Notes: a model not told the origin generated them from the sequence alone. DNA of 64,000 bases from an uncultured Acidimicrobiales bacterium (GCA_943788915.1 CALSSD010000013.1:1-64000); one strand, 5' to 3'. Positions 9,380 through 20,536 are shown, numbered from the stretch's first letter. A program made the numbers and translations.

Positions 9380-10225
9380 TTACAGGTCGAGCACGCGGCG
9401 GGCGTTGTCTCGAAGATACTTCCGCTCGACGGCGGCTGGCAGCTGCCACGACTCGACGATCTGACGTAGCTCCGGTAGGGGGCCGCAGTTGGGATAGACG
9501 CTGCCGAACAACAGTTGGTCCTGCAAGAGATGGCGAAGTGCGGTGATGTACTGCTCACTACCGGGGAACCCATAATGGATGTATTGGCCCGGCACGACGT
9601 AGAGGTTCGGTTGTTTGTAGGCAGCACCGATTGCCTCGAGCGCATACGGCCAACCTCCGTGCTGAATGATCACGGTGAGATTGGGAAAGTCGGTCGCCAC
9701 CCGATCGGCGTACTCAGGTCGGCAATCGTCCATGTAGGGGCCGAGCAAGCTGCTCATGGTAGTCGTCACAACCAGACCAAGACGCTCGGCTTCGTCGAAG
9801 AGGGGATAGAGCGCTCGGTCATCAAAGCGACGGCTGAGTTGGGCGGTCGAGGGGTCGATGGTGACGCCACGCATCCCTACCGCCGCGAGTTCACCGAGTC
9901 GGGCGACCGCTGACTCTACGTCTGAGGGTTCGACCGATCCGAAGCCGACGAAGCGGTCTGGGTGAGCGACAACGATGTCGGCAATCGTGTCTGCCGAGGT
10001 CGGGGCAAGCCCCCGATCGCTGGTCGGTCCAGGAACACCGATCACCCCGATCTGGGTATCGGCCGCTTCCATCTCGGCGAACATCATGTCGACGGACTGG
10101 TGCTCGAACGACGGGCACGGGTTCAGATTCATCCGATCGAGATAATGGTACGTCGTGTCTCTGGTCCAGCTTTGTGCCCCGACGGGACGAAAACGGAAAT
10201 CAATGGCTTGCACTCGGTCGCTCAC
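9380..10225 (-). CDS. Amidohydrolase_2 family protein
   Basis: HPDRFVGFGSV, LYPLFDEAERLG, FPNLTVIIQHGGWP, LLFGSVYP. Confidence 0.88.
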   Translation of the reverse strand: MSDRVQAIDFRFRPVGAQSWTRDTTYHYLDRMNLNPCPSFEHQSVDMMFAEMEAADTQIGVIGVPGPTSDRGLAPTSADTIADIVVAHPDRFVGFGSVEPSDVESAVARLGELAAVGMRGVTIDPSTAQLSRRFDDRALYPLFDEAERLGLVVTTTMSSLLGPYMDDCRPEYADRVATDFPNLTVIIQHGGWPYALEAIGAAYKQPNLYVVPGQYIHYGFPGSEQYITALRHLLQDQLLFGSVYPNCGPLPELRQIVESWQLPAAVERKYLRDNARRVLDL

Positions 10226-10300
10226 CTACCAAGTCTCGCGCGCCGACTCTGCAACGAGCTGGGCTTGAGCGATAGTGAGGCGGCGACTACGTTCGATTGG

Positions 10301-11371
10301 GTGGCAACCAACGACATCGAATTCGGGTGGTTCATACCTACCTACGGCGACGGACCAACCCTGACTGACCGTTCGTCGATGGTGCCGCCATCGAACGAAC
10401 TATTCGCTCGGGTGTCCAACGCTGCTGAACGAGCTGGTTTCGAGTACCTGTTGGTTCCTGTGGCTGCCGCCTGCTGGGAGGCGTGGATCACCACCGCGAT
10501 GATGATCCCACAGACGTCGACGATCGACATGTTGGTCGCTGCCCGCCCGGGCGTCATTGCTCCAACAATGATGGCCAAAATGATCTCAACCTTCGACCAA
10601 CTTTCCGGCGGACGAATTCGAGTCAACCTGATTGCCGGAGGCGGAGAACGAGAGAGCCGAGCCGACGGCGTCTACCTTGATCATGACCAGCGTTACGAGT
10701 TCATGGACGAAACAGTCACGCTCATGAAGCAGTGTTGGGCTAACAATCGCCCGTTTGACTTCGCCGGCAAACACGTCAGAGCCGAGAACGTCGATGTCCG
10801 ACCGAAACCGCTGCAAGATCCACACCCGCCTTTCTACATCGGCGGCATTAGCCCAGCAGCAGTCGAGGTCGGCACCAAACACGCCGATGTCTATCTGTTC
10901 TGGAGCAACACGTTCGACCAGATCGCAGCCGACATCGCAACCGTCCGGGAGGCCGCCGAACAACATGGACGTGGCGACAAGCTTCGCCTGGGCCTGCGCA
11001 GCCACGTGTTGGTGCGGGAATCGGCGGAAGAAGCACGAACCGCTGTCGAGACACTGATCGCAGGTGCGACCGAAAGCATGCGCACCAACCGAGAGAACAG
11101 CCTCGGGGCTGAGTCCCATGCCGACGCTCGGATGCGCGAGGTCGCATCGGCCGCTTCAGACATGGACCACTGGCTTACCGACACTTTGTGGGCTGGCATC
11201 ACCACCATTCGACATGGTGCTGGTGTCACCATCGTCGGCTCAGCCGATCAAGTTTGCGACACCATCCAGGGGTATGTCGACCTGGGCATCACCAGCTTCT
11301 GCCTTTCTGGCTACCCGCACGACGACGAGGCCACTCGCTTCGGTGATCTGGTCATGCCTGCGTTCCGCTAG
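10301..11371 (+). CDS. LLM flavin-dependent monooxygenase, alkanesulfonate monooxygenase (SsuD)-like
   Basis: EFGWFIPTYGDG, LVAARPG, TFDQLSGGR, FCLSGYPH..EA.RFG. Confidence 0.88.
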   Translation: MATNDIEFGWFIPTYGDGPTLTDRSSMVPPSNELFARVSNAAERAGFEYLLVPVAAACWEAWITTAMMIPQTSTIDMLVAARPGVIAPTMMAKMISTFDQLSGGRIRVNLIAGGGERESRADGVYLDHDQRYEFMDETVTLMKQCWANNRPFDFAGKHVRAENVDVRPKPLQDPHPPFYIGGISPAAVEVGTKHADVYLFWSNTFDQIAADIATVREAAEQHGRGDKLRLGLRSHVLVRESAEEARTAVETLIAGATESMRTNRENSLGAESHADARMREVASAASDMDHWLTDTLWAGITTIRHGAGVTIVGSADQVCDTIQGYVDLGITSFCLSGYPHDDEATRFGDLVMPAFR

Positions 11372-11438
11372 ACCCGTCAGCAACCAGGACTAGCGATTCC
11401 AGATTGGCCTGACGAACGGTTTGCGACAGACTCGTCCT

Positions 11439-11840
11439 ATGACTGAAGAGCGGGCAAGACTTCACCACACGCACCTGATGGCATCGGACCTCGATGACAC
11501 CATCTCGTTCTGGCGAGATTGTTTCGGTGCCGAGGTCGTGGCCGATGAATCGATGGCAGGCAGCCGCAATGTCTTCCTGGACATCGGGGGTGGGCGATTG
11601 AACCTGTACGACCAGGCGCCGAACCAGCGCGGGCCAGTCCACCATCTTGGCGTGCAGGTCGACGACCTGGAAACGACGGTCGAACGGTTGCGGAACGAAG
11701 GTTGGCAACCTCGGCCGATCAAGACCGACGGCCCACTGAGCTACTCGATGGTCGAGGGACCCGACGGCGTCTTGCTGGAGGTGTTCCATTTCGACGACAC
11801 GACGGCCGAGCACCTCAAGCCGTACTTCAATCTCGACTAG
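11439..11840 (+). CDS. VOC/glyoxalase family protein
   Basis: LHHTHL, VHHLGVQVDDL, GPDGVLLEV. Confidence 0.88.
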   Translation: MTEERARLHHTHLMASDLDDTISFWRDCFGAEVVADESMAGSRNVFLDIGGGRLNLYDQAPNQRGPVHHLGVQVDDLETTVERLRNEGWQPRPIKTDGPLSYSMVEGPDGVLLEVFHFDDTTAEHLKPYFNLD

Positions 11841-12640
11841 CTGTTGGTCCACTCGCGGGATTGGCCAGGTAGGCCACTCATGCCGAGTCGGGCGTCGGCG
11901 GTTTGACTCGCCATGATTTGGTTCCGGTTCTCTAGGTCAATGCCAGCACGAAGGCTCGAAATTTCGAGGTTCGACCACATGGCCTCTTTGGTCATCCACA
12001 CGCCGAAAGGGCTGTTTGCCGCGATTTCAGCAGCAACGGTGAGCACGGTGTCTTCGAGCGTGTCGTCAGGTACGACTCGACTGACCAAACCGAGTCGGTC
12101 AGCTTCGGCCGAGTCGAAGACTCTTCCGGTGAGCAACAGCTCCCACGCCCGGCTCGCGCCGATCAACCGAGGAAGCATCCAGCTCACACCTATATCGCAC
12201 CCCGAAAGTCCAAGGCGCACAAATGCGGTGCCGAACTTGGCGCTCTCGCCGCAGTACCGGATGTCGGAGGCGCACGCGAAGGCGAACCCTCCACCAGCCG
12301 CCGCTCCGTTGATTGCGGAGATAATTGGCTGGCGCACGTCGCGCATGTGATGCACAACTTCGGCGATGATCTGCTGGGTCGCCATGCCTTGTTGGACCCG
12401 ACCGAGGTCCTCGGTCCCTGGTACTACGCCAAACCCGTTGAGATCTAAGCCTGCGCAGAATCCTTTGCCAGCGCCGGTCAAGATCACTGCTCGACATTCG
12501 TGATCAGCGTCAACCTGATCCAGAGCGTCGTGCAGAGCCTCAACCATCTCATAGGTCAATGCATTGAGCTTGTCGGGCCGGTTAAGAGTCAGCCGGGCTA
12601 CTCCCGGCATCGGTTCATCGATCAAGACGGTGTCACTCAT
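11837..12640 (-). CDS. Enoyl-CoA hydratase/isomerase
   Basis: LNRPDKLNAL, FCAGLDL, AINGAAAGGG. Confidence 0.93.
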   Translation of the reverse strand: MSDTVLIDEPMPGVARLTLNRPDKLNALTYEMVEALHDALDQVDADHECRAVILTGAGKGFCAGLDLNGFGVVPGTEDLGRVQQGMATQQIIAEVVHHMRDVRQPIISAINGAAAGGGFAFACASDIRYCGESAKFGTAFVRLGLSGCDIGVSWMLPRLIGASRAWELLLTGRVFDSAEADRLGLVSRVVPDDTLEDTVLTVAAEIAANSPFGVWMTKEAMWSNLEISSLRAGIDLENRNQIMASQTADARLGMSGLPGQSREWTNS

Positions 12641-12668
12641 GGGCCTGTCTTAGCCGCTTTGATGCTGC

Positions 12669-12698
12669 GAGACAAAGGTGAAGGAGACAAAGGTGAAG
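12669..12698 (+). repeat. 15-bp tandem duplication
   Basis: GAGACAAAGGTGAAG x2, intergenic. Confidence 0.85.
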
Positions 12699-12718
12699 AC
12701 AGACCCAGGCACCAAGAA

Positions 12719-13144
12719 TCAGATGCTGCAGGCACCCGTGTCGAAGTGGAAGTACCTCGCGTTGAGCTTGCGATACGCACGCATGCCGGTAGCAATGCCC
12801 GCCATCGTCATCAGTGCTGGGAGGTAACCGGTACCGAGCTGGACGATGGGAATCGAAGGACAGCCGCCGGAAATGGCCCAGCCGGTGCCGAATAACACCG
12901 CTCCGGGCACGATGCCACGGTGTATCGGTGGCCCCTTTGGTCGGTCCTTGGTGAAGGTGTAGAACAACGCACCGGCTACGGCAACAGCACCCATGAAGGT
13001 GAACAGCATGCGCAGGTCTTGCAGCGTGAACATGGCGTTGAGCTCAGCAAAGTCGCCGAAGCCAATCATGCCGAGGGACGCTCCTAGCGCCAAGCCGAAG
13101 AGGCCGACGAATCCGTGTACTCGAAGTTGGTTGGTGGCATGCAT
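12719..13144 (-). CDS. YeeE/YedE family sulfur transporter subunit (DUF6691-type)
   Basis: GAVLFGTGWAISGGCP; four hydrophobic segments. Confidence 0.85.
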   Translation of the reverse strand: MHATNQLRVHGFVGLFGLALGASLGMIGFGDFAELNAMFTLQDLRMLFTFMGAVAVAGALFYTFTKDRPKGPPIHRGIVPGAVLFGTGWAISGGCPSIPIVQLGTGYLPALMTMAGIATGMRAYRKLNARYFHFDTGACSI

Positions 13145-13145
13145 G

Positions 13146-13762
13146 TCAGATCACCCAGAGGAGGAGAGAGGATACGGCAACTGCGGTTCCGAAGAAGACG
13201 CTGGTGGCGACCAGGCTCACGGGCTGCAGTCGGCTACAACCGCTCATGCCATGACCGCTGCTACAACCGCCAGCCATTCGTGTTCCGATACCGACGAGAA
13301 CGCCACCTACGAACAGGTTCGGCCATAACAAGGGTCCGTCGACGACGATGTCAGCGAACGCTGGTCCCATGTCGCCAGCGATCTTGAAACGTCCGTTGAT
13401 GAGGGCGGCGCCAAAAGCACCGAGCAGGATCGTGACCAAAAGAGTGGCATTGGCGGTCATAGGGAGTCGAGTTTGTGGTGGGGGAGTGCTCTCCACCGCC
13501 TGATCGGGGGGCGACGAAACGGCGACGCCGCCCCCGCTAGCGCCGAATTGAGATTGCGTTGCTGCCATGAGCGCCGCTTGGAAGTCGTCGGGTGCTGCCG
13601 TGAGCGTCTGGTCGCTTCGTTCGGTTTCGCGTTCAACTTTCCAATGGACGACTCGTTCCCATGCACTAGAGACACCGAATCGGCGCCCAACAAGCAGGTG
13701 ATAAAAAAGGTGATCGAACCGAGTGCCAATGCACCGACCCACCAGTCCCAGTAGGCCATCAT
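13146..13762 (-). CDS. YeeE/YedE family protein, frameshifted (-1 in the T6 run at 13703-13708)
   Basis: MAYWDWWVGALALGSITFF + YHLLVGRRFGVSSAW...GTRMAGGCSSGHGMSG; one added T joins the two frames. Confidence 0.85.
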
Positions 13763-14122
13763 GAGTTGCCCCGAAAGACGAATTTGAGTCGTTGCCAGAA
13801 CGTTGTTGGCACGATGTGTGTCAGTTCGGGCACTGCATCGGGTTCGATGTCATCGAGCACGGCTGTTGCTGTTGCCGTTGAGGCTGCGGTTTCGGTCCCG
13901 GTTTCGCTCACTGCTGTTGTGTCGCTGCTAGCGGCTCCGACACGAATCATCTTGCCGTTGGGCAGAAGGGCAAGCGGCGTTGGTTCACCGGTGAGACTTC
14001 GGCTCATATCGGGCGCAATCGCGCCAGTTGCTGTCACTGTTGCAGTAGTGGGTTCGCCATGCGGCGAGGCTGTTGCTGAGGTGCGGGTGTAGCGGACACG
14101 TATCCGCATGCGAGCAGGCCAT
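13759..14122 (-). CDS. Small Cys/His-rich protein, frameshifted (+1 near 14001)
   Basis: MACSHADTCPLHPHLSNSLAAWRTHYCNSDSNWRDCARYE + RSLTGEPTPLALLPNGK; GAGGT RBS upstream. Confidence 0.72.
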
Positions 14123-14173
14123 TTCGTACCTCGTTTGTGATAGGTCTGCGTTCCCTTCGACGGGGTGCGCCAG

Positions 14174-14201
14174 CCAAATGAGAGAGGGTTATCTCATTTG
14201 G
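14174..14201. promoter_or_regulatory. Perfect 10-bp inverted repeat, probable operator of the Cys-rich/YeeE operon
   Basis: CCAAATGAGA-N8-TCTCATTTGG about 50 bp upstream of the start at 14122. Confidence 0.6.
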
Positions 14202-14251
14202 GTCGTTCACCCTAGCTGCCTAGGCCATACGGCCCTCCGGGTGATCTTGCG

Positions 14252-14475
14252 CTAGGGAACTACGACAAGGTCGTAGCTGACTGACGACGAGAAGTCATGG
14301 GTTGCACACGACAAGGTCAACAGATGGTCGCCCTCGTCGAGGGGCGGTAGTCGAACCCACCAGCCGCCGAGACTCTGCGGAACTCGTCCCCGTCGGGTTC
14401 GAGCGGGTTGCCAGGCTCCATGGTGATTTCCCTCGGGCTCGTATCGATCTCGGCTTTCGGTAGGGCCAGCACCGA
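14252..14475 (-). pseudogene. 3' remnant of an actinobacterial hypothetical ('signal protein'-like) gene
   Basis: EITMEPGNPLEPDG..RVS + GWWVRLPPLDEGDHLLTLSC..FSSSVSYDLVV in two frames; in-frame stop just upstream. Confidence 0.45.
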
Positions 14476-14758
14476 GCGCGCTCCAGCGCAGACCCTGATG
14501 ATGAGGGTTCACACATGGCAACAGGTTTGATGGTCCTAAACCGGTGCCTGACTGCTGCTGTTGGCTCTTACGCAGGAGCGGGGGACCAGGCCGAATGTTC
14601 CATGGGGATTGTTTGGTCTTCAGCGGCGTATTGCCGGGCGTTACGGTGCACGGGTTGTCGATGCAAGTACTGTTGAACAGCGAGAGGCGTTGGACGAGCG
14701 AACGCCAAACCACTTCACTCCAGAGACACGACTCAGACGCGAACGGGACGGGCAGTTC

Positions 14759-15845
<1,087 letters not shown>

Positions 15846-15937
15846 CCACACCCGGTGGCCGCATCTCGAGAAACGACACCTTGAATCACTTCGCATGCAA
15901 CAGCATGGCCGTGCCGGGCACAACATTGCTGGTGAAG

Positions 15938-16510
15938 CTAGTCCTTGGTTGAGTCCATCAGTGCGTCGGCGGCCCGTTCCACTGCGTGGCGGATGTCGAC
16001 CAATATCGCTTCGACATCGTCCCGAACGTCGGTGACAAGGTGTTTAGTATCGCCGGCGGCCTCGCGTAGTTCGACCAGCACTCCGGCGCGTGCATGGGAG
16101 AGGCGATTGCCAACATCGTCGAGATCGTCGCGGACCTCCATGGATGCGAGCACTCCCTGCAGCCGGAGCCAGTCGGTGCGGGAACGCCAGGATCGCAACT
16201 GCTTGTCGACCGCGGCACGGTAGCTCATCGGATCGGCGTGTCGGGTCACATCAAGGTCTGCTTCGAGTCCGTCAACAGCAGCGCCAAGGTCCTCGATAGC
16301 GTGCGCCGTTTCGATCTTGACCTCTGGCCGTGACTCCAGCCGGTCGTGAAGTTCGCTGCATCGGAGCGCGAGTCGGCTGTGTTGTTGCACGAACGGTTCA
16401 CGAGTTTTGGGTTTCACGTCGTCGAGAAGAATGTCGAACGCTTGGAGGCGGCTACTCGTGAGCTCGAGGTCAGCGAGAAGCTGGTCGTGGGTCCGTTCGT
16501 TGTTGGTCAT
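15938..16510 (-). CDS. Hypothetical coiled-coil protein
   Basis: 190-aa ORF with AGGA RBS; helical, acidic and Leu-rich. Confidence 0.7.
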   Translation of the reverse strand: MTNNERTHDQLLADLELTSSRLQAFDILLDDVKPKTREPFVQQHSRLALRCSELHDRLESRPEVKIETAHAIEDLGAAVDGLEADLDVTRHADPMSYRAAVDKQLRSWRSRTDWLRLQGVLASMEVRDDLDDVGNRLSHARAGVLVELREAAGDTKHLVTDVRDDVEAILVDIRHAVERAADALMDSTKD

Positions 16511-16642
16511 AACTGGTTCCTTCTCGTGATTGGTTTGTGGAGGCGACCAGTCGTGCCCGTCGTGCCTGGCCCATGACGGTTCTTCTCGGCATTCTCTGGC
16601 GTATCTAGGACAAAATGTAGAGCGATTGCCGTGCAGACTCTC

Positions 16643-16732
16643 GGGTCAAAGGTCCCAACCTGCAACGTTCTCGGGTCATATGGGGAGGTCGAGCGCAGCT
16701 CGTTGCGGGTCTGGCCCAGGGACTTTGTGCCC
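16643..16732. promoter_or_regulatory. Two DosR-like boxes in a divergent intergenic region
   Basis: GGGTCAAAGGTCCC (16643-16656) and GGGACTTTGTGCCC (16719-16732). Confidence 0.55.
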
Positions 16733-16768
16733 TTTACCGTCGAGATGGCAGCGCGCGACGATGGAAGC

Positions 16769-17374
16769 ATGAGCGCCACTCCGTCGTCACCCAACCCCGA
16801 AATGTACGTGCTTGACTCACCGTATGAACTGGACCGCTGGCGTCCGCTCGCCCAGTGGTTGCTGTATGTACCCCATGGGCTGATCGTGCGTGCTCTGCAG
16901 TCTGTCTCAAGCGTGGTCTTCGTCATCTACTGGGTGATCTTCCTCGCTACTGGGTCTCTCAACCGTGGCCTCTACGGGTTGATGGCGATGATCGAACGCT
17001 ACGGCGCACGTTCCGGGGCCTTCCTCGTTGGACATTCCGAGGTCTATCCGCCATTCGACTTTGGAATGGGGCCCGCCGACAATGGCGCCTACGCTCCGGT
17101 GCGGCTGAATCTGCCCGATCTGCCGGAAACGGTGTCACGCAAGGCTGCACTTAACGTGCTGTTGGCCATTCCTCACTACATCGTTGTTGCCGTCTATGCA
17201 ATCGGTGCGGTGGTCGTTCGGACCATCGGCTGGTTCTCTGTCCTGTTCACCGGCCGTTGGCCTGTCGCAATGCGGGATTGGCTCGTGCGCTTCTCCAACT
17301 ATTACTACCGGGTGTGGGCCTTCGTGACCATGGTGCACACCGAGTACCCACGTTTCGGCACCGCACCGGTCTAA
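16769..17374 (+). CDS. DUF4389 membrane protein
   Basis: Two repeats of L.IPH...W...TG....YP.F. Confidence 0.85.
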   Translation: MSATPSSPNPEMYVLDSPYELDRWRPLAQWLLYVPHGLIVRALQSVSSVVFVIYWVIFLATGSLNRGLYGLMAMIERYGARSGAFLVGHSEVYPPFDFGMGPADNGAYAPVRLNLPDLPETVSRKAALNVLLAIPHYIVVAVYAIGAVVVRTIGWFSVLFTGRWPVAMRDWLVRFSNYYYRVWAFVTMVHTEYPRFGTAPV

Positions 17375-17453
17375 GCCCATGTGCTGATTGCAGATCGGAC
17401 GTTGCGAGCGCAGCTTCGCACGGCATCGTTGCCTGTCGTTTGGATACACCTCG

Positions 17454-17489
17454 GCCGCAATGACTCCATCGCCGCCGCAATGACTCCAT
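17454..17489 (+). repeat. 16-bp direct repeat, 20-bp period
   Basis: GCCGCAATGACTCCAT at 17454 and 17474. Confidence 0.85.
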
Positions 17490-17731
17490 AGCGGATGCCA
17501 TGACGTCTGTTGGTCCGGTTTGAGGTGTCGAAGATGGTTGACGGCTTCGTGGGTGGCGCTGTCGTCGATGGTTTCCTCGAACTGGATTGCCTCAACCTGC
17601 CATGCAGATTCGGGATTGGACGGGGGAGAGGTGCCCAGAACCTCGCCTTCACCAGGTGAGCAAGTTCGACATAGTGCTCATCAAGTAGGCGGCGCCACGA
17701 GCGACCCGGTTCCGTTCACTATGGTCTGGCG

Positions 17732-18090
17732 ATGAGTCTTGAGTGGGAGCAAGTCGTGGTCGCCAGCAGCGACCGGTAGCGCTCGGCCGATGGTGGAGTG
17801 AAGCACTTCGATGGGTGATTGTGAACGATGACCCGGTGGTGTTTGAGATCCAGCCACAGCCAGATCGGTTGCCAGGGATCTTGTTCTTGGCCGTCGACGA
17901 AGCCAAGCAATGGCAGAACCGTCTCCATATCGACCTACGTCCCGACGACCAGAGCGCCGAGGTGGAGCGACTGATTGGGTTGGGAGCTTCTCGTGTCGAT
18001 GTTGGGCAGGGCGAGGTGCCGTGGGTGGTCTTGGCGGATCCTGAGGGGAACGAGTTCTGCGTCCTTGCGGCCCGTCGAACCCCGATGTAG
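17732..18090 (+). CDS. VOC family protein, frameshifted (-1 at 17773)
   Basis: MSLEWEQVVVASSD + PVALGRWWSEAL...NRLHIDL...LADPEGNEFCVL. Confidence 0.88.
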
Positions 18091-18128
18091 GTAATTACGA
18101 GCGGGTCAGATTGGCTGACGGACGATTT

Positions 18129-18491
18129 CTAGCTCTCTAGGACTTCGAGGACCCGTTCGGATGGGCGACCTATCACGGCACGATCGCCAACGACTGCAAT
18201 AGGTCGCTGCATGAGCTTGGGATGAGCGAGAAGCACCTCGACGACGTCATCCTCGCTGGTGTAGCCGTCGTCATCGAGACCGAGTTCGACAAAGTGACCG
18301 TCGTGTCGAACCATGTCCGCAACTGGATCTGTCAGTTTGGCGATGATGCCTCGGAGCGTCGGCTCATCGAGGGGATCTTGCAAGTACTCCACAACAGTGA
18401 AATCGATATTACGTTCCTCAAGGAGGGCGACCGCCCCGCGAGCGTGGCCTCAACCAGGGTTGAAATATAAAGTCATGTGTTCATTGGCCAT
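18129..18491 (-). CDS. arsC: ArsC-family arsenate reductase, predicted selenoprotein (Sec at codon 14, TGA 18452-18450)
   Basis: MANEHMTLYFNPG*GHARGAVALLEE...VEYL...MVR...HPKLMQRPI...IGRP; TGA sits at the catalytic Cys of HNPxC; SECIS-like hairpin follows. Confidence 0.88.
18425..18436 (-). promoter_or_regulatory. Putative SECIS hairpin of arsC
   Basis: mRNA UGA-GGCCACGCUCGC-GGGGC GGUC GCCCU; loop starts 17 nt after UGA. Confidence 0.7.
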
Positions 18492-18702
18492 GGGTAGAAA
18501 CTAGCCCTTGAGCAGCAGGTTTGCCGGGGTCTCATGTGATCAACGCTTCCAAGGCCGAATGAGCCCATGGACTTTTCGGAGAATGGTTGGACCGACACTT
18601 GGCGACTGACGAGGGCAGAACGAGGTTGACGACACAGGCGACCTCACCGATGCAAGGATCGGCGTCGTTGCGCGGTTTTGCGCTACTTCCTCTAGCTAGT
18701 GA

Positions 18703-18730
18703 GGCACGGATAATATCAGTTATCCGTGCA
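18703..18730. other. Symmetric 11-6-11 palindrome, dif/att-like recombination-site candidate
   Basis: GGCACGGATAA-TATCAG-TTATCCGTGCA; the left arm recurs at 19559-19569. Confidence 0.5.
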
Positions 18731-18782
18731 TTGTGCGGTTACTTGGTAGGTGACGACATCAGTCGTCCTGTCGAACACCTGA

Positions 18783-19361
18783 CTAGGTGGCACTACGGCC
18801 CATCAGCCGCATGAGCGTTGCCACCGGGTTGTCAGTTTCGACGGCGTCGCCGGGTTGGGTCGCGAAGTTCGCGGATCGCTCTAGCGTCGCTCGTTCGTTG
18901 TGCGCGATTTCCAAGCCGAGGTTGACCGTCGTCGGATCGAGGTAAACAGCGTTCCCCGTTGCCTGCCCGATATCCCACGTGTGGCCAAGCTGATCGATGA
19001 TCCGGTACTCCATGAACAGTCGAGCTGGGATCGACCCGACGGGGTGTTCCACCATCTGATCGAGGGGCTGGTTGAAGGCATCCAGCGCCTTCAACGCCGC
19101 AGCGGTGAGTTGTCGAACCACATCATCATCGTCGAGATCCAGGCCCACTGACGCGTCGACGGACCTGGCTAACGCAGCACCACTCATGACGGAGACAACG
19201 AAGCGTTCGCCGGCGACGACATGATCAACGACATCGCGGACTGTCCATCCGTCACACGGCGTCGGCAGATCCCACTGATCGGGTTGCACGGTGCGCACGG
19301 CATCAGTGAACCGAGCCATCACCACACCCATCGCTTTGCGAATTTCGTCGTCGTACAACAC
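18783..19361 (-). CDS. TIGR03086 family (MDMPI_N) metal-binding protein
   Basis: QWDLPTPCDGWTVRDVVDH, HTWDIGQATG, LMGR. Confidence 0.88.
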   Translation of the reverse strand: MLYDDEIRKAMGVVMARFTDAVRTVQPDQWDLPTPCDGWTVRDVVDHVVAGERFVVSVMSGAALARSVDASVGLDLDDDDVVRQLTAAALKALDAFNQPLDQMVEHPVGSIPARLFMEYRIIDQLGHTWDIGQATGNAVYLDPTTVNLGLEIAHNERATLERSANFATQPGDAVETDNPVATLMRLMGRSAT

Positions 19362-19891
19362 GGAATGGACCTCGGTAGCTCATGCAGCGAACGCTCGGTT
19401 CAACGTAGCGGTCCGACGAGGAAGTGAAACTCACGGTGTTCGCGACTTGGTTGACGGGCTGGTTACGAGGGGGCAAGACGCGGTGGCGGCGGGCGTCCTA
19501 TCACTGGTATGGGCTCCCGAAACGCGGTTAAAAAGCTTGTTGTCTTACCAGTCACAGTTGCACGGATAATGTTCATCTGAGTATGCCGCCCACATCAACT
19601 CTGCTCGTCGGCAGCGGCCGGGTTCCGGAATTGTTTCGAACACATCGTCGAGCGTGGTTTCGCGGTTATACGGACAGATACCAAAACAAACAACGTCGGG
19701 TCTGTCGTAGCTGCGCGTCGCTACAGCGGTGGTTAAGCGTGAGGGCGAACGCTCCTCCCCTGCTCCAACACATCGGACGCCGAACGGAACCGGATCGGGC
19801 TCAGGAACGGGGTGCCGCAGTGCGTAGCCTTGCGGTGTCGTGCGTTGCAACGACGGTCTTCGCCGTCGGCGCACACGAAAAGGGATGTCTG

Positions 19892-20489
19892 GTGCGGGTT
19901 CGAATTGTTATGGCTGTTCTTGTGGTTGTCCTCGGGGCTGGGGCGTGTTCGTCGGGCACCGATGAGTCTCAACCAGCATCATCCGAGGCCGACTCCGGTG
20001 CTACAACACAGGATGCTGCTTCTGAAACACCAGGGAGCGACCCCGAGCCAGTCGATACGACCGCGGACGACGACGGAACCAGCCGATACGACGGCGGAGA
20101 CTGACGACAATGTCTTTGCGAGAGCCGCTGCCGCGGGAGCTTCGGCAACGCTGAACCTGGACAATGGTGAGACGTACGCCTTCAATATTTTGTGCGCTCT
20201 TGAATCGCAAGAGTCTGCAGGCCAAGAGATTCTTTTCACGGTGGTGTCGTATGACAACCCAGTCAGCCTCGACGTAACCCAATTCGGGGCGGAGAGTTTG
20301 GGAGGCGCTGCCACGATCAGCCTGTATGACAGCGAAACATACGACAACGTTTGGTCCGCTGACACCCTCATAGGCGGGGAGTTAGCGTTGGAGATGATTG
20401 GCAACACGGTCACCGGCAGCGGGGTCTTCTTGGCTGGTGAAGAGCGCACAGGTCCCGGCGTGCCAGGATCGTTCGAGGCGAACTGTTAA
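19892..20489 (+). CDS. Lipoprotein of unknown function, frameshifted (+1 near 20066)
   Basis: Lipobox LGAGAC, acidic Ser/Thr linker, then the ...NILCALE...FEANC domain in the next frame. Confidence 0.75.
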
Positions 20490-20536
20490 CCAGAGTCATT
20501 ACGAAGCTCGCAGTTGCAGCCAGACGAGGCATCCCA

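Noticed and set aside
14572..14590. CAGGAGCGGGGGACCA resembling part of the actinobacterial c-di-AMP (ydaO) riboswitch
   Set aside because: The downstream GGGGTGAA and CCCG...CAGCT elements are absent; probably a chance match.
17380..17620. Possible decayed ECF sigma factor C-terminus on the minus strand (EAVNHLRHLKPDQQ/DVMA)
   Set aside because: The similarity is short and needs several frame changes; it cannot be supported without a search.
19559..19676. Classical integron attC site
   Set aside because: The outer arms pair but there are no convincing inner L boxes, and no IntI-type integrase is in the window; kept only as part of the dif-like finding.
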